Below are positions 57,172-64,000 of a DNA stretch of 64,000 bases, piece after piece. Location: positions 62,001-126,000 of the IMG/VR virus record IMGVR_UViG_3300046694_000296. The stretch is one strand, 5' to 3'. The first letter of the stretch is position 1. Every line of letters starts with the position of its first letter. A program made the translations under genes and the position numbers. The notes under the pieces were generated by a model. The model searched no databases, was not told the DNA's origin, and was given only the letters and a program-made list of their open reading frames with translations.

Positions 57172-57807
57172 GTGCCAAATCCCGTATCCGTTGCAAGCAT
57201 CATCGAGAAGAACAAGGTCGGCAGCGCCGTCCCTTATCTGGCCTTCCTCGACGTGGGCGTGATCGACCCGACCACGGGCGTTGTGGCCCAGACGTTCCAC
57301 TACGTGAACAACACCGAGGAGGTGGTGCGCCAGGGCATCACCTACCTGCCGATGCAGTTCTCGCTGGAGCTGAAGACCCAGGCGGGCAGCCAGCCGCAGA
57401 TCACCGTCTCGATCTTCGACTACACGCGCGCCGTCATCCAGACGATGAACGACTACGGCGGGGGCACCGACTTCCCGGTGACGATCCGCGTGTGTCAGAC
57501 CGGCGGCCTTGACGAAGCTCCCGATGTCGAGGAGCACTTCACGATCATCCAGGCGAGCGCTGATAACTACGTCGCGAACTGGACGCTGGGCGCCGAGAAC
57601 GCGCTCACCAAGCAGTTCCCGCGCCGCCAGCAGCGCCGCGACTTTTGCCAGTGGGTCTACCGCGACGGCCGCACCTGCCGCTACAACGGCGCGATGCCCG
57701 CGTGCGACCGCACGCTCGCGGGTCCGATGGGCTGCAAGGCTCACAATAACGTCATCAACTTCGGCGGGATGCCGAACTTGGTATCCAGCAACCTCTACGT
57801 CGCGTAA
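57172..57807 (+). CDS. Minor tail protein gpL-like
   Basis: C.W.YR...C.Y.G....CD.T..G..GC..H.N...FGG.P four-Cys motif. Confidence 0.88.
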   Translation: MPNPVSVASIIEKNKVGSAVPYLAFLDVGVIDPTTGVVAQTFHYVNNTEEVVRQGITYLPMQFSLELKTQAGSQPQITVSIFDYTRAVIQTMNDYGGGTDFPVTIRVCQTGGLDEAPDVEEHFTIIQASADNYVANWTLGAENALTKQFPRRQQRRDFCQWVYRDGRTCRYNGAMPACDRTLAGPMGCKAHNNVINFGGMPNLVSSNLYVA

Positions 57808-57808
57808 A

Positions 57809-58201
57809 ATGAATGAGTCACCCGTTACTTATGTGGACCTGCTTGGCGCGCCGTTCCGAAAGGGCGGCCGCGGCCCTGACGAGTTCGACTGCTACGGCCT
57901 CGTCAAGTATCTGATCCATCGCGCCACCGGCCAGGTGGTGCCGGACTATGTGACGCCCGACGACACGGGCGCCACGCACGCGCTGATGATTACCTCGCGC
58001 GAGTTCTGGCGGCGGCTGCCCGGGCCGAAGGTCGGCTCAATGATCTTCTTCAAGATCGGCCGGGAGGTCTGCCATGTGGGCTACATGATAAGTAACGGGT
58101 TATTCATTCATGCGTGGGAGCCGTCCGGCGGCGTGACGGTGGAGCGGCTCTCGCAGTGGGAAAAACGGATCGACGGGTTCTATGAATACATCGAAGGCTA
58201 A
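57809..58201 (+). CDS. NlpC/P60 tail assembly protein (gpK-like)
   Basis: GGR....FDCYGL, HVG, FIHA. Confidence 0.88.
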   Translation: MNESPVTYVDLLGAPFRKGGRGPDEFDCYGLVKYLIHRATGQVVPDYVTPDDTGATHALMITSREFWRRLPGPKVGSMIFFKIGREVCHVGYMISNGLFIHAWEPSGGVTVERLSQWEKRIDGFYEYIEG

Positions 58202-61200
58202 GGTGGCACCGCAGTTCGTGAAGGTCCGACGGGTAGTCAACCCGTTCGACCCGATGCGCGACATTCGCGAAGAGCAGTGGAAGTGGCGCAAGACCTACTC
58301 GCTCGCGCGCTATCTGCCGCTCGGCGAGGCGACCGACGTGGTGGTGTCGGTCAATGGCCGCGCCATCGAACGCGAGCAGTTCGCCAAGACGCGCCTGCAG
58401 CCGAATGACTTCGTTGTGATCTGCCCGGTGCCACGCGGCGGCGGGGGCAAGGGCATCCTGCGTATCGTCGGCATGATCGTGGTCGCGATCGCCTCGGTCT
58501 ATACGGGCGGCGCAGCGGCCGCGGCCTATGGCGGCGCAACGGGTGTGGCCGCGGGCGCGACCACCGCCGGCATGATGGCCGTGCAGGTGGGCGTGTCGAT
58601 GGCCGTCACGATCGCGGGCTCCATGCTCCTGAACGCGGTCCTGCCACCGCCGCAGGCCACCCTCAACTCGAACAACGGGCTGGCGGGCAGCTCGACCTAC
58701 GGTGCCGACGGGGCGAAGAACACCAGCGCCGAGATGATCCCCACGCCCGTGCCCTACGGCACGTTCCGCATGGCAGGCAACATCATTGGCGTGCACACGG
58801 AGGCTGACGGCAATAACCAGATCCTCTACATGCTCATCAATGCCGGGGAGGGGCCGATCGCCTCGATCTCCGACATCAAGATCAACGATCGCGCCATCTC
58901 GGAATACTCCGAAGTCTCGGTGCAAACGCGCCTGGGCGATCCGCTGCAAACGCCGATCGACTGGTTCAGCGCCGTCATCACGCCCAATCAGAAGAACGTG
59001 AAGCTGCCCGCTGATGGCAGCTATCTCAACTTTGTCACCGAAGGCAATGTCGAAGCCGTGCGGCTCGACTTCAACTTCCCGCAGGGGCTTTACTCGGTCG
59101 ATACGAGCACCGGCAACATCATCGAAAACTCGGTGGCGATCGACGCCGAATATCGACTTGCAGGTTCCGGCGGGGCCTGGACGCCGTTCTCGTCTTCACC
59201 GGCGCGCTATGTGACTGCACGCGTATGCCCGATTACGAAGATCGGCGTGGGCAACATGCCGACCCACTGGCTCAGGGAAGTCGGCTATACGTGGGACGGC
59301 ACACAAGTCATCACGGACCTGAATATCACGACTGACAACGGCGAGGTGCTTGATGTCGTGCGCCAGGCCGCGCTCGCGAAATACGGCAGCTACATCGGCA
59401 AGCAGGTCGACGATTGGCCGGTGAAAGAGGCGGGCAACGTCTCAGTGGGCGTCAACGTGCCCGCAGGCACCGCCGCGCTCGTCGTCACCGAGAAGCTGCG
59501 CGCCACCGCCCGGCGCACCTATACGTCGCCGCAATTGCTGCCGGGCAAGTATGAAGTCCGGGTGCGCCGCCACAACCAATACATCGATTACTCGGTCAAC
59601 ACCACGCTTGGCAACAAGGTCAAAACCAACACGGACAACACGTCGGCCTCCGACTGCTACCTCGGCGACCTGAACGAAATCGTCTATCAGGGTGTGGGGT
59701 ATAACCACACGGCGCTGCTCGCGCTGCGCGTGAAGATGGACGACCAGATTTCGGGCGTGCCGACTGTGACGTTCTTGAACGGCGGGCGTGTCATCGACAC
59801 CTTCAGCCGCGCAAACGGCGTCATCATGCAAAACAGCGAGGCGAGCAACAACCCCGCCTGGGTGCTGTGGGATGCGCTCACGCACTGGCGCTATGGCGGC
59901 GGCATCGACGCGAGCCGGCTCGACCGATCGGCGTTCTTTGAGCTTGCCGAATACTGCGCCGCCAATAACCTGACCTACGACGGCGTGTTCGATACGAACA
60001 TGAACGTGTGGGATGCGTGCAACTACATCGGGCGCTGTGGGCACGCGCAGCTCGTGCCTGTGGGCACGCGCTATTCGCTGGTGATCGAGCGCCCGTCGGA
60101 CCCGGTGATGCTCTTCGGCATGGGCAACATCGTCGAGGGTTCGTTCAAACAGAGCTGGATGGCGCGCACCGACCGCGCCACCGAAATCGACGTTACGTTC
60201 GCGGACAAGACCGACGACTACAAGAGTAAGACCGTCAAGGTGGCTGATGCGTCGGCCGCGCTCGAGGGCCGCCCGCAGAACGCCGCGCAGATCACCGCCT
60301 ACGGTGTGGTCGATATCCAGCGCGCGTATCGGGAAGGCGCGCTCCAGCTCAACATCAACCGGTATCTCACGCAGACGTGCGAATGGCAGTCGCCGATCGA
60401 GTCGATCGCATGCACGGCGGGCGACGTCGTGCTCGTGCAGCACGATCAGCCGGCATGGGCCGAGTCGGGGCGTCTCGCGCCGGGTAGCACCCAGACGGTC
60501 ATCAAGCTGGACAAGACCGTCACGATGGAGGTTGGCAAGACCTACAAGCTGCTGGTGCTCGCCAACAGCGCCGTGCGCGGCACGGGCCAGGTGACGAGCA
60601 TCAATGACCAGTTCATCGGCGTAGCAGGCACACCGACGAACTATCGTGTGCGGCGCATTCGCAATGTGGCCGGCGCGGAAGCGGGCATCACGGCAGCTGT
60701 GTCCGATGGCGTCTATGTGGATTCCGCAGCCGGGTTTGCTGTTGGGCAGACGGTCACGTTCTACGACACGGACGTGATTGAGGACCACGACGTCGTGTTG
60801 CATGCAGGCGACACCGATACGGTGACGATCACCGCGCCGATGTCGTTCGTGCCGGACCCGTTCGTGAACTATATGTTCGGCGAAACGCAGAAGGTCAGGA
60901 AGCCCTTCCGCATCACCCAGATCACGCTCGGCTCGACCGATATGACGCGCGCCATCTCGGCGCTCGAATATCGCAGCGAGGTCTATGACCTGTCCAGCTA
61001 CGGCGATGTCGCCTCGACGCTCACCCCGCCGATGCTCGACCCGTCGCAGGCCGCCATCGGCACGGTGCAGAACTTGACCGCCTACGAGGAAACCTACGTT
61101 CAGGGCGCGCAGATCCTCTCGCAAGTGCGCGCGGCGTGGGCACAGCCGGTCGCTGGCAACTACGCGGGCGCGGACGTCTTTCTGCAAAAGAATGGCGGCG

Positions 61201-63797
61201 CGTTCGCGAAGGTGGGCACGGTCAAGGCCGACACGAGCTTCGTCGTGCCGGGCGTCGCCAAGGGCGACCAGTTGACCATCAAGGTGCAGGCATACGACGT
61301 CTGGGGCAAGTTCAGCTCCTACGACCAGGCGCCGATGGTGAGCTACACGGTCGTCGGCAATGTGTCGAACATCTCCAGCGCGATCGTCTCGGGCGCCGAC
61401 TACCTCTGGGCGGGACGCGACTGCAAGCTCTACTGGAACTACAACTCGGTCACGGCCAGCTTCGAATTCGGCAGCGAGCCTGACGGCGCCGACTCGGGCA
61501 CGCGCGACCCGCACTTCCAGGACTACGAGATCCGCGTCTACGACACGGCGACTTACGGCACGAAGAACCAGAAGGTGCTGCGCACCGAGCACACGACCGA
61601 CAACTCCTACATCTACACGTTCGAGAAGAACTTCGTCGACGGATTGCACCGCAAGGTCACGTTCGAAATCGCCGTGCGCGACGTTTTCGGCCATGTGGGC
61701 AAGCCCGCCGTGCTCGACGCGTATAACCCGCCGCCTACAGTCACGAGCGCAGCCACGAATGCCAACTTCGAGGCGATCACCGTCCAGTTCACGCACAGCG
61801 ACGACCCCGACTACGCCGGCGCGCAGATCAAGCTGCGCTGGGCGGGCGACCTTGACAGCGCCGAAGTGCCGGTGGCCTACGACGGCCCCGACACGACCGT
61901 GCTGCTCTCGGGCCTGATGTTCAACTCGGACTACTACATCACGATCGTTCCGTATGACGCCTTCGGCCTCGACGAGACGATCCCGAGCAACGAGATCCAC
62001 GTCCACACGCCGTTCCTCGACGTCGAGGCGATCGCCGAGGGCGTGCTCAAAGACAGCCAGCTGATCCCGGCGCTGAAAACGCGTATCGATCTGGTGGATG
62101 CGCCTGAGTCGATCATCGGCTCGGTGAATCAGCGCTTGGCCGACGCGAAGACGAAGCTCTCGGGCGACCTGACGGCCGCAATCGCCAACGAGCAGACGCT
62201 CCGACAGGGCGCGGACAACAGCATGGCCGCGCAGATCACGACGCTTGTGTCAGCGAGCAACGCGAACACGGCGGCGATCACCTCCGAGCAGACCGCGCGC
62301 ACGACCGCTGATACGGCGCTCTCCACGCGCATCGACACGATTGCGGCCAACACGGGGAACAACACGGCCGCAGTGCAGGCGGAAGCTACCGCGCGCACGA
62401 ACGCCGACACGGCGCTCGCCACGCAGATCAACACGGTGGCCGCGGCCTACGGCGTCGATGCGTCGAACCTGTGTGCAAACCCGGTGGCCGCCGGCGGCTC
62501 GAACGCGGGCTGGAGCAACAACACGGCAGTGGGCGGCACGACGCTCGACGTCCCGCTGCAGGCGCCCGCGGCCTACGTGTTCAAGCAGAACGTTCGGGAC
62601 AACCGCTACACCACGCGCACGGTGCCGGTGACCGGCGGACAGACGCACTATCTGGAGATGCGCGCAGCGACGCCGGTCGCCGCCGTGCCGATCTATCTCG
62701 GGCTGCACCTTACCGGCCCGGGCAAGACTGACTTCTACGCCTGGGCGGGCTCGCTCACGGCAACGAGCGCATGGACGCGCGTGGCGGGCACGGTCACGAT
62801 CCCCGACGGTTACACGACCGCCGAGCTCTACGTGCTGATTGATTTCGCCGCAGGCTCGGCCAACGACAAGAACCGCTGGTATTACACCGACGTCGAATGG
62901 CGCGCCGCCTCGCTCGTGCAGCCGGCAATGGCCGCCATCAGCACCGAGCAAACCGCGCGGGCCTCCGCCGACAGCGCGCTCTCGACCCGTATCGACAGCG
63001 TGAATGCGTCGCTTGGCACGACCAACGCGAACGTGCAGACCGAGATCAACGCCCGCGTGGCGGGGGACAGCGCGAACGCGAGCTCCATCACGCAGATCAA
63101 CTCGACGCTCGGCAGCCATACGGCCTCGATTAGCACCCAGCAAAGCTCGATCAACGGACTGAACGCGCAATACACGGTCAAGATCGACAACAACGGCTGG
63201 GTGAGCGGCTTCGGTCTTGCGTCGTATCCGATCAACGGCGGCTTCGTGAGCGAGTTCGCGGTGCACGCGCAGAAGTTCTCGGTGTGGATTCCCGGCTACC
63301 CGGGCGTTCAGCCGTTCACGATCGGCGTGGTCAACGGCCAGCCCCGCGTCATCATCAGCAGCGCGCTGATCGGCGACGCGTCGATCAACCGCGCGATGAT
63401 CGGCTACGCGCAGGTCAACGAGGAACACGTCGGCTACGCGGCGATCAAGACCGCGCATATCGGCGAAGCGCAGATTGACACCCTGCGCATCGGCGCGAAT
63501 GCAGTCACGACGATGGTGGCCTTCGCCGGCACTGGCAACTGGACGTATCAGTCGAGCGGCGGTCAAGTGGTGGTCATGATCTCGGCCATTTGCGGCACGA
63601 CCGGCGCCGGGCAGACTCCGATTTCAGGCGCGGCTACGGTGACCGTGGGCGGCATTTCGGCAGGCGTGCAAGCGGTCTATACCACGCGCTGCGCTTCCTT
63701 CACTCAGGCTACGCTGGGTGCCGGCGCGTTCGGAGTGAGCGTCACCGCATCCGGCGCCAGCGCTGTCTTTGTAGTCATTCTTGAGGCAAAACGATGA
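58182..63797 (+). CDS. Fused gpI/gpJ-like tail tip (host specificity) protein
   Basis: N-terminal ubiquitin-like segment and hydrophobic stretch, PVPYG, Fn3-like repeats, heptad repeats, CBM-like insert, YTVKID.NG.VSGFGL. Confidence 0.92.
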   Translation: MNTSKAKVAPQFVKVRRVVNPFDPMRDIREEQWKWRKTYSLARYLPLGEATDVVVSVNGRAIEREQFAKTRLQPNDFVVICPVPRGGGGKGILRIVGMIVVAIASVYTGGAAAAAYGGATGVAAGATTAGMMAVQVGVSMAVTIAGSMLLNAVLPPPQATLNSNNGLAGSSTYGADGAKNTSAEMIPTPVPYGTFRMAGNIIGVHTEADGNNQILYMLINAGEGPIASISDIKINDRAISEYSEVSVQTRLGDPLQTPIDWFSAVITPNQKNVKLPADGSYLNFVTEGNVEAVRLDFNFPQGLYSVDTSTGNIIENSVAIDAEYRLAGSGGAWTPFSSSPARYVTARVCPITKIGVGNMPTHWLREVGYTWDGTQVITDLNITTDNGEVLDVVRQAALAKYGSYIGKQVDDWPVKEAGNVSVGVNVPAGTAALVVTEKLRATARRTYTSPQLLPGKYEVRVRRHNQYIDYSVNTTLGNKVKTNTDNTSASDCYLGDLNEIVYQGVGYNHTALLALRVKMDDQISGVPTVTFLNGGRVIDTFSRANGVIMQNSEASNNPAWVLWDALTHWRYGGGIDASRLDRSAFFELAEYCAANNLTYDGVFDTNMNVWDACNYIGRCGHAQLVPVGTRYSLVIERPSDPVMLFGMGNIVEGSFKQSWMARTDRATEIDVTFADKTDDYKSKTVKVADASAALEGRPQNAAQITAYGVVDIQRAYREGALQLNINRYLTQTCEWQSPIESIACTAGDVVLVQHDQPAWAESGRLAPGSTQTVIKLDKTVTMEVGKTYKLLVLANSAVRGTGQVTSINDQFIGVAGTPTNYRVRRIRNVAGAEAGITAAVSDGVYVDSAAGFAVGQTVTFYDTDVIEDHDVVLHAGDTDTVTITAPMSFVPDPFVNYMFGETQKVRKPFRITQITLGSTDMTRAISALEYRSEVYDLSSYGDVASTLTPPMLDPSQAAIGTVQNLTAYEETYVQGAQILSQVRAAWAQPVAGNYAGADVFLQKNGGAFAKVGTVKADTSFVVPGVAKGDQLTIKVQAYDVWGKFSSYDQAPMVSYTVVGNVSNISSAIVSGADYLWAGRDCKLYWNYNSVTASFEFGSEPDGADSGTRDPHFQDYEIRVYDTATYGTKNQKVLRTEHTTDNSYIYTFEKNFVDGLHRKVTFEIAVRDVFGHVGKPAVLDAYNPPPTVTSAATNANFEAITVQFTHSDDPDYAGAQIKLRWAGDLDSAEVPVAYDGPDTTVLLSGLMFNSDYYITIVPYDAFGLDETIPSNEIHVHTPFLDVEAIAEGVLKDSQLIPALKTRIDLVDAPESIIGSVNQRLADAKTKLSGDLTAAIANEQTLRQGADNSMAAQITTLVSASNANTAAITSEQTARTTADTALSTRIDTIAANTGNNTAAVQAEATARTNADTALATQINTVAAAYGVDASNLCANPVAAGGSNAGWSNNTAVGGTTLDVPLQAPAAYVFKQNVRDNRYTTRTVPVTGGQTHYLEMRAATPVAAVPIYLGLHLTGPGKTDFYAWAGSLTATSAWTRVAGTVTIPDGYTTAELYVLIDFAAGSANDKNRWYYTDVEWRAASLVQPAMAAISTEQTARASADSALSTRIDSVNASLGTTNANVQTEINARVAGDSANASSITQINSTLGSHTASISTQQSSINGLNAQYTVKIDNNGWVSGFGLASYPINGGFVSEFAVHAQKFSVWIPGYPGVQPFTIGVVNGQPRVIISSALIGDASINRAMIGYAQVNEEHVGYAAIKTAHIGEAQIDTLRIGANAVTTMVAFAGTGNWTYQSSGGQVVVMISAICGTTGAGQTPISGAATVTVGGISAGVQAVYTTRCASFTQATLGAGAFGVSVTASGASAVFVVILEAKR

Positions 63798-64000
63798 TTG
63801 AAAGCATCATGGCGGCAGCACCGACAGCGGGCTACGTCGATTTCGTGACGGTCGATGCAACGGGCCGCATCCTGAATTCGGCGCACATGCCGGAATCAAT
63901 GTTCAAGATCCAGGTGCCGCCGGATGGCTGCTCGCTGGTGCTCGGTCTGGGCGACCCCGAAACACACTACGTGGCGGGCGGCGCGGTCGCCCCGCGCCCG
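63794..64000 (+). CDS. Tail-associated protein, 3' end outside window
   Basis: ATGA overlap with gpJ; open to the window end. Confidence 0.65.
   Translation, partial: MIESIMAAAPTAGYVDFVTVDATGRILNSAHMPESMFKIQVPPDGCSLVLGLGDPETHYVAGGAVAPRP

Noticed and set aside
2696-58105. Dispersed palindrome as the Burkholderia GTWWAC methylation motif or as a LexA box
   Set aside because: Half-sites are GTnAC (5 bp), not GTWWAC, and do not match CTGT-N8-ACAG
58182-64000. Diversity-generating retroelement or invertible tail-fibre cassette
   Set aside because: No reverse transcriptase, template/variable repeat pair or invertase in the window; downstream sequence not visible
1-64000. tRNA, rRNA, integrase or transposase genes
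   Set aside because: No cloverleaf-like sequence or recombinase/transposase motifs found by eye; a tRNAscan/HMM run would be needed to exclude them fully

Overview
The whole window is one visibly GC-rich tailed-phage genome segment. It is siphovirus-type with a lambda-like tail tip. A Burkholderiaceae-like host is my inference from composition and codon style only. No integrase, host housekeeping gene, tRNA or CRISPR array is visible. Order along the window: (1) 1-9.6 kb nucleotide metabolism: nrdA (cut by the window edge), nrdB, thyX, MazG-like pyrophosphatase, P-loop kinase, Nmad5-like protein, DEDDh exonuclease, and an RNase H-like gene split by a CCC-TGA +1 shift. (2) 9.9-23 kb dense array of small co-oriented hypothetical genes plus a ligase adenylation domain. 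(3) 23-35.5 kb accessory region with three cis-element-rich non-coding blocks, Rap1a-like, Abi-alpha-like, YoeB-type TA and many small membrane or secreted proteins. (4) 35.5-41.8 kb SF2 helicase, divergent from a translationally coupled operon: ParB-N, two Cys-rich proteins, ParB-N, soluble ABC ATPase, thioredoxin, GNAT-like protein, wHTH. (5) 42.1-64 kb virion genes from terminase to a fused gpI/gpJ tail tip. Gene order and the capsid N-terminus recall SSU5/pHCM2-type phage-plasmids (from memory, not searched). The strongest leads are the ParB/ABC/thioredoxin/GNAT operon as a candidate DNA-modification system, about 20 copies of a 16-bp palindrome (AAGTnACnnGTnACTT) sitting on promoters across all modules, the RNase H frameshift, and several unexplained repeat or inverted-repeat blocks. 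Family assignments come from motif reading, not database searches.
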